From assembly GCA_964035545.1 (NCBI GenBank), contig OZ037769.1, positions 16,398,633-16,462,632 of the forward strand: 64,000 nt of DNA, in the 5' to 3' direction. Position 1 is the first letter of the stretch; each line of letters opens with the position of its first letter. This DNA is from Bugula neritina (taxonomy: Eukaryota > Animalia > Bryozoa). Of the stretch, positions 1 to 12,600 are shown in pieces. The notes beneath the pieces are model-generated. The model worked only from the letters and a program-made list of their open reading frames with translations, made no database searches and was not told where the DNA came from. The position numbers and the translations under genes were made by a program.

Positions 1-512
1 CCATACAATACTAAGTCTACCATACAATACTAACTCTGCCATACAATACTAACTTTACCATACAATACTAACTGTACTATATAATACTAACTCTACCATA
101 CAATACTAACTCTACCATACAATACTAACTCTACCATACAATACTAACTCTACCATACAATACTATCTCTACCATACAATACTAACTCTACCATACAATA
201 CTGACTCTACCATACAATACTGACTCTACCATACAATACTAACTCTGCCATACAATACTAACTCTACCATACAATACTAAGTCTACCATACAATACTAAC
301 TCTACCATACAATACTAACTATACCATACAATACTAACTCTACCATACAATACTAACTCTACCATACAATACTAACTATACCATACAATACTAACTCTAC
401 CATACAATACTAAATCTATCATACAATACTAACTCTACCATACAATACTAACTCTATCATACAGTACTAACTCTACCATACAATACTAACTCTACCATAC
501 AATACAAACTCT
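1..512. repeat. 19-bp minisatellite (CCATACAATACTAACTCTA)n, truncated by the window start
   Basis: 19-bp periodicity read directly. A paralogous array lies at 8071-9300 with the same right-hand flank. Confidence 0.95.
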
Positions 513-886
513 ATAACACAAAATTAATGCACATAACTCATTCCGTTTCTAATTTATTTTGAAATTTTCTACCAAATTAGAAGTTATAAACTGTGCATAG
601 AAAATTGTTAAAGCATTTTAAAATACAGCATAACACTCCACTAACTTAATTGTTAATTGTGGCTAAATCCATGATACTAGTTACAGCAAGACAAAAAGAT
701 GTAATATTACAAATTTATTTAAAAGAAGATATAAAATCATGTAGTAAATAGAAAAGTTATTCATGCAGTGAATTACTTAGAATAATATTAGCCCATATCA
801 TGTGAATTCAACTTTAAAATAGTTTATCAAATCAAGATTCCAATTCCCTGTCTATTGACAGACAAGTAGAAAGTAGAGCAGACTGT

Positions 887-3800
887 TCAGTCTATTTGGT
901 AGAACAGTACTTTACATTCATTGAATCTCGGGACTATCAGAGTATTTCCTGTCACGTGCAGATCATATACATTAAAGTTAGTTCTTATAGCAGCATCTGA
1001 GATCTCTGTCAGCAGTTTACCTGAATATATGAATATATAATGTAGGTTAGTAAGTATATAATGTAGGTTAGTAAGTATATAATGTAGACTAGTAAGTATA
1101 TAATGTAGATTAGTAAGTATATAATGTAGATTAGTAAGTATATAATGTAGATTAGTAAGTATATAGTGTAGATTAGTAAGTATATAATGTAGATTAGTAA
1201 GTATATAATGTAGATTAGTAAGTATATAATGTAGATTAGTAAGTATATAATGTAGATTAGTAAGTATATAATGTAGATTAGTAAGTATATAATATAGATT
1301 AGTAAGTATATAGTGTAGACTAGTAAGTATATAATGTAGATTAGTAAGTATATAATATAGATTAGTAAGTATATAATATAGATTAGTAAGTATATAATGT
1401 AGATTAGTAAGTATATAATATAGATTAGTAAGTATATAATATAGATTAGTAAGTATATAATGTAGATTAGTACGTATATAATGTAGATTAGTAAGTATAT
1501 AATGTAGATTAGTAAGTACATAATATAGATTAGCAAGTATATAATATAGATTTATAAGTATATAGTGTAGATTAGTAAGTAAATAATGTAGATTAGTAAG
1601 TATATAATTTAGATTAGTAAGTATATAATGTAGATTAGTAAGTATATAATGTAGATTGGTAAGTATATAATTTAGATTAGTAAGTATATAATGTAGATTA
1701 GTAAGTATATAATGTAGATTAGTAAGTATATAATGTAGATTAGTAAGTACATAATATAGATTAGCAAGTATATAATATAGATTTATAAGTATATAGTGTA
1801 GATTAGTAAGTAAATAATGTAGATTAGTAAGTATATAATTTAGATTAGTAAGTATATAATGTAGATTAGTAAGTATATAATGTAGATTGGTAAGTATATA
1901 ATTTAGATTAGTAAGTATATAATATAGATTTATAAGTATATAGTGTAGATTAGTAAGTAAATAATGTAGATTAGTAAGTATATAATTTAGATTAGTAAGT
2001 ATATAATGTAGATTAGTAAGTATATAATGTAGATTGGTAAGTATATAATATAGATTAGTAAGTATATAATGTAGATTAGTAAGTATATAATATAGATTAG
2101 TAAGTATATAATATAGATTAGTAAGTATATAATGTAGATTAGTACGTATATAATGTAGATTAGTAAGTATATAATGTAGATTAGTAAGTACATAATATAG
2201 ATTAGCAAGTATATAATATAGATTTATAAGTATATAGTGTAGATTAGTAAGTAAATAATGTAGATTAGTAAGTATATAATTTAGATTAGTAAGTATATAA
2301 TGTAGATTAGTAAGTATATAATGTAGATTGGTAAGTATATAATTTAGATTAGTAAGTATATAATGTAGATTAGTAAGTATATAATGTAGATTGGTAAGTA
2401 TATAATATAGATTAGTAAGTATATAATGTAGATTAGTAAGTATATAATATAGATTAATAAGTATATAATATAGATTAGTAAGTATATAATATAGATTAGT
2501 AAGTATATAATGTAGATTAGTAAGTATATAATATAGATTAGTAAGTATATAATATAGATTAGTAAGTATATAATGTAGATTAGTAAGTATATAATATAGA
2601 TTAATAAGTATATAATATAGATTAGTAAGTATATAATATAGATTAGTAAGTATATAATGTAGATTGGTAAGTATATAATTGTGCTTTTTTACAACAAAAA
2701 ACATACTTTCAAATTTTAAATCACTATGCTTACCATCTGTACATTCACCCAAGGCACCAACACATTCCGCACAAAACAGATCAAGGCAACTTCTACACCC
2801 CAGACTGTATGACACTTCTGTATGTTTAGTACACAGTCTAGGTTCTAGTTTACCAGCCTGTACTCTGTAGTCAGTCATAGTGATCATAGGGTGGCCTCCA
2901 AGGACCTCATCATGAAACTGTACCATATGAAGGACAAAACACAACTTTAAAGTCAGAACTCAACCCTAAGCATATTGAATAATATAAAACTATTTAGTTT
3001 AATTTTGTAGCCTTGACATTCACATTGATGTCTAGACACTAAGACTGTCAACTTACCTCTCTGTGTTTAGCACAAAGTTTAGTAGAACAAGTTTTACAGT
3101 AAATAACAGCTGGCTGATTATTCACTCCTTTCCTGGTACAACTATCACAGTACATAGATGGACCTTCTCTGGTGTTGGAGGTAGGAAGAGAGTGAATGTC
3201 AACATCAAATACTTCCCTATACAATACAGTAAAGTAGTTACTAACTCATCACAGTATACAATACATCTTACTCGGTAGAGAATATAACACACAATATAGT
3301 AGAACTCATAATGATTAGTAAACAGAACTCAAACTGAGAATATCTCAGGGTAAAGTGATACCTGCAGAAGGGACATCTCACTATCTTATTGACCTCAAAG
3401 TTCCCCAGCAGACATCTTAAACAGTGTACATGAGAACAAGGTAGAGATCTGGAATCTTCTAGATCTTCTAGTCTGGTTACACAGAATCCACATTCTACCT
3501 GCTCAACTGTAGCTTCAGCCATCAGAATACACTGAAAACACAAGCATCAAAAATAAAAAAGAAGCACATAAACCAACTGAAATATTGTCCAACCCTAGCT
3601 TCATTCATGATACTACAAAATACATAACCGATTAGAGTTCATTGGCAAAATAAAATCATCACTGCGTGATCTATTAATACTAATAGTAATACTAATACTA
3701 ATAGTTATAGTAACAGACATCGTGGTACTTTGAGAGTCATAGTATTGGATCCTCAAACTCATGCTGATACCCGCACTGATACAGTTAATATTAATATTTA

Positions 3801-3917
3801 TACTAATCGTAAATACTAATTTTGCATTGCGTTTGACATTAAGTTTAACTTTCAATTTTACTTTGACAGACAAACTCAAAGTGATTTATTATTAGTATTA
3901 CATACCCATTCAGTCAT
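887..3917 (-). CDS. TRIM-family E3 ligase, internally deleted paralog (RING, B-box1, B-box2, 44-aa tail, ~219 aa); may be a pseudogene
   Basis: Exons 3906-3917 (MTEW), 3362-3531 (C3HC4 RING CGFC...CSHVHCLRC...CPFC), 3057-3216 (B-box1 CDSC...CKTC...LCAKH), 2734-2917 (B-box2 CTKH...CRSC...C) and 887-1020. All junctions are GT-AG and phase compatible. The coiled-coil and main propeller exons of the paralog are absent. Confidence 0.7.
1037..2678. repeat. 21-bp intronic minisatellite (TATAATGTAGATTAGTAAGTA)n, ~78 units
   Basis: Direct periodicity; source of the YILTNLH heptad ORF. The paralogous array at 9817-10283 has ~22 units. Confidence 0.95.
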
Positions 3918-4132
3918 ACAATGGTAAAATGTTACTGGTGAAAAAGCATATACTAAGTTTTGTAATATTAAAAAACTAAGTCTATACAGCAAAGATAAGA
4001 TTAATATAATAATAGTAATACTAAAACTATTAGTATTAGTCTAAATTCTAAAAGTAAACAGAGTCAATGTAAACGGGAATGCGCAGTACACCAAACTACT
4101 TACATTGGTGCGCCGGAACATAACATTGAAAA

Positions 4133-4142
4133 GGGAATTCCC
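4133..4142. promoter_or_regulatory. Palindromic NF-kappaB/Rel consensus site GGGAATTCCC upstream of TRIM copy 1
   Basis: Exact match to GGGRNWYYCC about 215 bp upstream of the first ATG, in a CpG-richer segment. Conserved in the paralog. Confidence 0.6.
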
Positions 4143-4834
4143 CTTCGCCGGCAAACCGAATGTATTGAACTCGTTAGCAACAACAACGATTAGCTAAAAT
4201 GCGTGCAACGCCGTAGCTGATAATCATAATAACAGCATTGTATTCCGGAATAATGGACGGCCTCAAACAATAATAACTGTATGTGAGTTGAACAGAGCTC
4301 TACAAATATACTTTGTTTTGCATGCAATAAAATGCTATGCTGCTCATGGCTTTCTAGCTATTACTTCCAATGATATACTTATTCCTTAATTTCCAATGCT
4401 AGCTTATTATTGTGATTTTATACCAGAGTTTTGACAATTAGTAATATGCTAAGAATAAGGATATATTATAATATATTTATGTGTCCTCAAATCTGCCTAT
4501 CAAAAACCAAATTAACAGCAACATTATAACTGCACAGCAGAGTGGTTTTCAGTATGTTATACTCAGTATTTCTATTTCTCTATGGAGCATGTGCAGTTCA
4601 CACATACACTGACAAAATGCACATAAGAATTTTTCATCTTAGCTAATTGTAATATCCAACAACATTATATATACAGAAATATTATATTATGTGTAGAAAT
4701 ATAGAGCACATGGCAAGATGTGGAACATTTAATAGATTAGAATAATATTACTAATCTGCATACAACTACTAGTACAACTAATAACATCTGCATGTAGTGT
4801 ATATAGGAATAGTGTAATCTTATCAATAAACTTG

Positions 4835-5020
4835 GTGGAGAAGGGGTGCATGGAGAGGGAAGGGGTGGAGAGGGATAGAGAGGGAGGGGTGGAGAGGGGT
4901 GGAGAGGGGTAATAAATATGTTGGATAGGGGTGGAGAGGGGGTGGAGAGGGGTGGAGAGGGGGTGGAGAGGGGTGGAGAGGGAGGGGTTGGGGAGGGGGT
5001 GGAGAGGGGGTGGAGAGGGG
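4835..5020. repeat. G-rich (GGGGTGGAGA)n-like tract, potential G-quadruplex
   Basis: Repeated G-runs; paralog of 16805-17178. Confidence 0.85.
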
Positions 5021-5383
5021 TAATAAATAGCACAGGTAATCCAGTCCACTAGATATACAAGAGGGTACGGTCACTACACCCCCTCAAATTATACATGACT
5101 CTAAAACTAAATCTAAGGCTATAAAGATATACAACTTTGCATAGAGTTTACAAGCTGAAAAATTAAAAAAGAAAATACAACCAAAATAATCCAAAAAGAA
5201 CCATTTGAAGGAATGTGTTTAAATCTGAAGTCATTCTGATTAATTAAAGGTAATTATCATAGCTTAGCACCTGGAATCAATAATATTTGTTATCTAAATG
5301 TCTATTGGCTAGATTTTTGTCAACTGAATGCTTATAAGTTAAAACAAGATACAAGTAACAATAACTATTATTTAGCCACAGAA

Positions 5384-5473
5384 CTACAAATGCTTGTCAT
5401 ATTCAGTGGGAGGTGATATGGTAAGCCCCTCTTTACTTATTGATCCTTCGTATATAACAAACTTCTCTGCCAG
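5384..5473 (-). pseudogene. Orphan duplicated terminal exon of FCSK ([29 protein letters not shown])
   Basis: Near-identical to FCSK last exon 17542-17631, with acceptor and stop intact. A degenerate end of the penultimate exon survives at ~6340-6379. Confidence 0.85.
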
Positions 5474-5589
5474 CTACAACAGAAATACGATGACAAATTA
5501 TGACTTATCTCCCTTACAGTGTGTGATATCTTCAAAAGTTTACTCCCTCTTTATATAATTATATTATGGCTTGAATGTTTCTAATGAAT

Positions 5590-6312
5590 ATAATAGCATA
5601 TAATAATATAATAGTATATATAATAATATAATAGTATATATAATAATATAATATTGTATATAATAATATAATAGTATATATAATAATATAATAGTATATA
5701 TAATAATATAATATTGTATATAATAATATAATAGTATATATAATAATATAATAGTATATATAATAATATAATAGTATATATAATAATAAAATAGTATATA
5801 TAATAATATAATAGTATATATAATAATATAATAGTATATATAATAATATAAAAGTATATATAATAATATAATAGTATACATAATAATAATATAATAGTAT
5901 ATATAATAATAAAATAGTATATATAATAATATAATAGTATATATAATAATATAATAGTATATATAATAATATAATAGTATATATAATAATATAAAAGTAT
6001 ATATAATAATATAATAGTATACATAATAATAATATAATAGTATATATAATAATAAAATAGTAGATATAATAATATAATAGTATATATAATAATATAAAAG
6101 TATATATAATAATATAATAGTATACATAATAATAATATAATAGTATATATAACAATATAATAGTATATATAATAATATAATAGTATATATAATAATATAA
6201 GAGTATATATAATAATATAATAGTATATATAATAATATAATAGTATATATAACAATATAAGAGTATATATAATAATATAATAGTATAAATAATAATATAA
6301 TATAGTATATAA
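5590..6312. repeat. 20-bp AT-rich minisatellite (ATAATAATATAATAGTATAT)n
   Basis: Direct periodicity; paralog of the FCSK last-intron repeat 17742-18066. Confidence 0.9.
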
Positions 6313-6863
6313 TATAACAGATATGAGATATGAACATACATCTTATATAGTTCAGATTTAAGTGACATGTCCTTTACCAAACTAAGCAACTTATAACTTC
6401 CAATATCTGAATTAGGATTAGTGAGTGATAAATCCATGATTCACATTTTAGTAAAAAAACTTTCACTTCTGTAGCACATGCGTACAACATAAAACTTTAT
6501 GATTTCATTTATTTATATATTATGCTTATATTGAACCACATATAATAAATTTTATGTGCGGTGACATTTAAAAATCCCTGACACACTTCACTAATGCAGT
6601 AATAGAATATTCATATATATCTTAGCTATCATCTACATACTGTTTTAGAATTTTATATGTTCAGATAATTTTGTGTTATAAAGGAGTTTTCTTCTTTTAT
6701 AGGTAAGTTTGTATGTGCTGAATTGATTTGGTATTTCTGTTCTCTATCATAAAACTTACACTAATTATGGCTAACTTTAAGTGCATACTATTTTATTTGC
6801 TGCAAAACACATCTTGAAACGGAGCTGGTTTACAAGTTCAAACAATGAAGTTTTAAGCCAGAC

Positions 6864-7168
6864 TCACCCCCCTGTATACCAGTGGTGTATAGATGGTCAT
6901 ATTCACCCCCTGTATACTAGTGGTGTATAGATGGTCATATTCACCCCCTGTATACCAGTGGTGTATAGATAGTCATATTCACCCCCTGTATACCAGTGGT
7001 GTATAGATAGTCATATTCACCCCCTGTATACCAGTGGTGTATAGATGGTCATATTCACCCCCTGTATACCAGTGGTGTATAGATGGTCATATTCACCCCC
7101 TGTATACCAGTGGTGTATAGATGGTCATATTCACCCCCTGTATACCAGTGGTGTATACATAGTCATAC
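6864..7168. repeat. 38-bp minisatellite (CCCCCTGTATACCAGTGGTGTATAGATGGTCATATTCA)n, ~8 units
   Basis: Contiguous near-identical units with no spacers. Confidence 0.9.
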
Positions 7169-8070
7169 TCTATAAGGTCCCACCTGAGGTATCATCTAAA
7201 GCTCCACCTGTGGTCTTATCTAAGGTCCCACCTGAGGCCACACCTGAGGCATCATTTGAAGCACAGCAGACATCAATACTAGAGTTGCTGGTTGATGTTT
7301 CATCAACTGCCAATATGTCTGCTGAAGTACTTCCTGTTGTAGCCCGCGCCCCCCCCCCCTACTTTTTTAGAGAGGATCCCTGTGGTATCAGCTGTGATGG
7401 TAGAAAGTATTTTGCTTTTCACCTGGCCACTCAGTCCGAGGCTGTGAGTTTTATTTCTCTTTTTTCTAAACTCCATCAGCTCTTTTTCCTGAGAAGTTAT
7501 AGAAACTGTAGTGATAAATACCATTTTATGGTTATATGACTGTAAATATTGCATAATATCGTCATATATTGCATAGTTCTGTGTTGCACGTATATATATA
7601 TTATAATATAGTAGTCTATGTTGAATTGATGCTGAATTGAAATATTATATAAAAATGCATAACAAAATAATTGTGTTTGCATAGTTCTAGATTGAAAAAA
7701 ACGTTGCTATTTCATTTTTCCGATGCTCAAAATTTCTAACGGAAGTAACTTTAGCTCTTAATATCAATAATAAAATGGTATCATTTGTTCTTTTCATTGA
7801 GCATTAGCTGTACTCTGTGTTTTAAAATTTATGTCAGTTTAGTGATTTATCTGTGTGTTGCAGTGGCTAAAAATAACAGGCTGTGAAAATATGCAATTAT
7901 TACTATTAGTTATGTAGTAACTAGGACTCGAAGCAGACCGGAAACCGGCGTAATACGTGTGCACTGAGAGCTTAGAAATCCGAAAGTTTTTTGGACATGC
8001 ATGCACTAAACTTGTTATAAAACGAAATAGCATAGCCATCCACCCTTAAAGGGATGCTCAATTGATAGTT

Positions 8071-9300
8071 CTACTCTACCATACAATACTAACTCTACCA
8101 TACAATACTATCTCTACCATACAATACTAACTCTACCATACAATACTAACTGTACCATACAATACTAATTCTACCATACAATACTAACTCTACCATACAA
8201 TACTAACTCTACCATACAATACTAACTCTACCATACAATACTACCTCTACCATACAATACTAACTCTACCATACAATACTACTCTACCATACAATACTAA
8301 CTCTACCATACAATACTAACTCTATCACAAAATACTAACTCTACCATATAATACTAACTCTACCATACAATACTATCTCTACCATACAATACTAACTCTA
8401 CCATACAATATTAACTCTACCATACAATACTAACTCTACCATACAATACTAACTCTACCATACAATACTAACTCTATCACACAATACTAACTCTACCATA
8501 TAATACTAACTCTACCATACAATACTAACTCTACCACACAATACTAACTCTATCATACAATACTATCTCTACCATACAATACTATCTCTACCATACAATA
8601 CTAACTCTACTATACAAAACTAACTCTACCATACAATACTAACTCTACCATACAATACTAACTCTATCACACAATACTAACTCTACCATATAATACTAAC
8701 TCTACCATACAATACTATCTCTACCATACAATACTAACTCTACCATACAATATTAACTCTACCATACAATACTAACTCTACCATACAATACTAACTCTAC
8801 CACACAATACTAACTCTATCATACAATACTATCTCTACCATACAATACTATCTCTACCATACAATACTAACTCTACTATACAAAACTAACTCTACCATAC
8901 AATACTAACTCTACCATACAATACTAACTCTATCACACAATACTAACTCTACCATATAATACTAACTCTACCATACAATACTAACTCTATCACACAATAC
9001 TAACTCTACCATATAATACTAACTCTACCATACAATACTAACTCTACCACACAATACTATCTCTACCATACAATACTAACTCTACCATACAGTACTAACT
9101 CTACCATACAATACTAACTCTACCATACAATACTAACTCTACCACACAATACTAACTCTACCATACAATACTAACTCTACCATACAATACTAACTCTATC
9201 ATACAATACTAACTCTATCACACAATACTAACTCTACCATATAATACTAACTCTACCATACAATACTAACTCTACCATACAATACTAACTCTATCACACA
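8071..9300. repeat. 19-bp minisatellite (CCATACAATACTAACTCTA)n, ~65 units
   Basis: Direct periodicity; lies downstream of the TRIM copy 2 3' region. Confidence 0.95.
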
Positions 9301-9668
9301 AAATTAATGCACAATTCATTCCGTTTCTAATTTATTTTAAAATTTTCTACCAAATTAGAAGTTATAAATTGTGCAGAGAACATTGTTGAAGCATTTTAAA
9401 ATACAACATAACACTCCACTAACTTAATTGTTAATTGTGGCTAAATCCATGATACTAGTTACAGCATGACAAAAAGATGTAATATTACAAATTTATTTAA
9501 AAGAAGATATAAAATCATGTAGTAAATAGAAAAGTTATTCATGCAGTGAATTACTTAGAATAATATTAGCCCATATTATGTGAATTCAACCTCAGAATCA
9601 CTTGAATTCAAGATTCCAATTCCAATTTCCTGTCTATTGACAGACAAGTAGAAAGTAGAACAGACTGT

Positions 9669-12600
9669 TCAGTCTATTTGGTAGAACAGTACTTTATGTT
9701 CATGGTATCTCGGGACTATCAGAGTATTTCCTGTCACGTGCAGATCAAATACATGAGAATTAGTTCTTATAGCAGCATCTGAGATCTCTGTCAGCAGTTT
9801 ACCTGAATATATGAATATATAATGTAGATTAGTAAGTATATAATATAGATTAGTAAGTATATAATATAGATTAGTAAGTATATAATGTAGATTAGTAAGT
9901 ATATAATATAGATTAGTAAGTATATAATATAGATCAGTAAGTATATAATGTAGATTAGTAAGTATATAATGTAGATTAGTAAGTATATAATGTAGATTAG
10001 TAAGTATATAATATAGATCAGTAAGTATATAATGTAGATTAGTAAGTATATAATGTAGATTAGTAAGTATATAATATAGATTAGTAAGCATATAATGTAG
10101 ATTAGTAAGTACATAATATAGATTAGCAAGTATATAATATAGATTTGTAAGTATATAGTGTAGATTAGTAAGTAAATAATGTAGATTGGTAAGTATATAA
10201 TGTAGATTAGTACGTATATAATGTAGATTAGTAAGTATATAATATAGATCAGTAAGTATATAATATAGATTAGTACGTATATAACCTAACCTGTATTCAC
10301 ATCCAGTATCCAGACTCGGGTGGTATTACTGTAGTTAGTAACAAACACTCTCCCTCCGTGGTATGTTACACCTCCAGGGTTGGGTACATCTTGTGATGTC
10401 CATTCAACTTCTCCACTTGGAATATTCACTTTAAACACTTTAGAAGTTTGATAATTAGATACAACAACAGAGAGATTGTCTACGGCACACATTGATACAT
10501 GGCTAGGACTGAGTAGAGGACACTGAATGTGTTTAATTACCTCCCCTGTGAGAGAGTACACTGTTAGTCTCTTGTTCTGTCTGTCTGGTATAACAACCTG
10601 GTCACTAACAACTGCTAGTTTACTAAGCCTAGATCTGGCATCAGTGTGTGTCCAGCTGGTGATGAGTTTCCCTGTCAGATCATGTACTGTGACTGTGTAA
10701 GGGTTACCATCTACTAAAGTATACAGTCTGTCCTTGTATACAGCTACACTGAGTACACGGTTACCTACTCTTACAAACTTCCTACTGAGTTGGTTATTCT
10801 CATCAATTATATCTACTCCACCACCATCTAACCCTACATAAGTGTTTCCCTGATAACTACAGACTGAAGTACAGCCAGACACAGGAACTGTATGCAGGAG
10901 AGACAACTGTGTAGGCAGAGTATCAGGAGTTGTCAGTTCATGTTCCAAGTCTATAGACACACTTTTTGAGGTGACAACTTCTACTTCAACTTCCCTCCTC
11001 TCACCTACAATAAAAAAAAGGTTTCCATCAGCAAATGCTAGCTATTGAATTTTTTAATATCATTGTTTTTCATGTTTAATATAATTTTTTTCCACAAACA
11101 CAATTAGCACCAACCCTATTCAAACTGACTCTGAAAACTACATTTTTACATAAAAATACAACTTCTTTTCATAGGCCCATAATAATAGTTGATAATACAA
11201 CTCCAAATTCTAAAAGCAAAACTAAAACTTACCACCTAATGGCAAAATATTCAGCAAAGTTATAGAAATCATGATATGACTAGCAAACCTGTTTACTAAA
11301 CAAATTTCTTCTTGCAGTATTTCACTCTCTCAAAACAAAAATCAAATTTTCATAATTCGCACAATATTGACAGAGCAACAGAGAGCTACCAGAGAGGTGC
11401 TGCTGGGAAATGAAATTAGTCAAATATTATTTACTACGCCAAGTTCTCCTGCATCACTCATATTAGACACAGATTCACAGTTTTAGAACATATTGCTATA
11501 CTTTACAGAACACAGATTTGTAAGGAACAGGTGCTAGCAGGTGCCAGTGCATCTCAAACAATCATATTCTGTGATATTTTATATAATCTTCAAGCATCAC
11601 TATGTATTTGATAATGGATGGTTTACAGTGCTATAAATTCAACATTCAGAACAAATAAAAAAGTTGCCTTTTTGATGAAACAATCTAAGTGTGGATTGAT
11701 TTTAACAATTTCCATTTTGTAAAATAATCAAGTCTAACCTTTGACCTCTAAAGTAGCCATATTGGATAGTTTCAGAGTTGGAAGGTTCCCTGATAACAAC
11801 TCCTTAATCTGGTTGATTGTCTCCCCATGTCTGTTTATAATGTCCACCTGAATAAATATATACTTTCATGAAACTGAAGAAAAAAAATATCTCTTCATCA
11901 AAATCAAACAGAACTAAATACTAATATCATGGAACTAGTAAACCATAGACCTGGTGATTGTGTTTATGTCTGGCCTCAATCTGAAGTCTATGTCTATTCA
12001 GATCAGACAACTTCACTCCAACATCCTGTTCGGTGAATCTCTCCAACTCTAGTTTAGTATTTCTTCTCAATTCTATCAACTCTTCTTCCAACTTCTTATA
12101 CTTCTGTTGAATACTCTCAATCTATAAATAGATTCTACTGGTTTATTTATATCTTGACTTACAAACTAGTGACTACAGTGATATTCAACTAACATATAAC
12201 AGTACAGAGTATATAATATGACCTGTTCATCACGTGTTCTGTGGAGTGTCTCTATCATATCTCTAGTCTCACTATCATAATCACACAATACTCCAGTCAT
12301 GTGTTTCACTAAATCTGAGAGTTTATCTTCTCTGTCCAGTATCTCTGATCTCATCCCATCCACCTCTTTAGAGAGTTCAGTTACCAACTCTTTCAGTGAC
12401 ATTAGTTTATGAGATGAACCTATGAAAGCAAATATTTATTGATTAAATTTGTAACTTATGCCAACACTGAATAACATGCATGGCATTATATACTCAAATA
12501 ATAGCCATGAGTAACTAATGTAACATAACTATTTGCTATTCATCAAAGAGAATTTAAGATAAAACCATGTAAATGACACAATTTCATTCAGATGCTGTAT

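Noticed and set aside
887-2944. 685-aa ORF with a long YILTNLH heptad resembling a leucine-zipper protein
   Set aside because: Read-through of a 21-bp intronic minisatellite between two real exons. Canonical splice sites flank it and the paralogous array differs in length. Intron retention cannot be excluded but has no support.
5559-6437. Tyr/Ile-rich ORFs in all three minus frames
   Set aside because: Translation of a 20-bp AT-rich repeat lacking stops on that strand.
6864-7168. CRISPR-like 38-bp repeat (also the 24-, 43- and 52-bp arrays)
   Set aside because: Units are contiguous with no unique spacers, there are no cas genes, and the context is eukaryotic.
8037-8066. Hairpin CCCTT-A-AAGGG as a Helitron 3' end
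   Set aside because: No properly spaced CTRR terminus and no identifiable 5' TC end.
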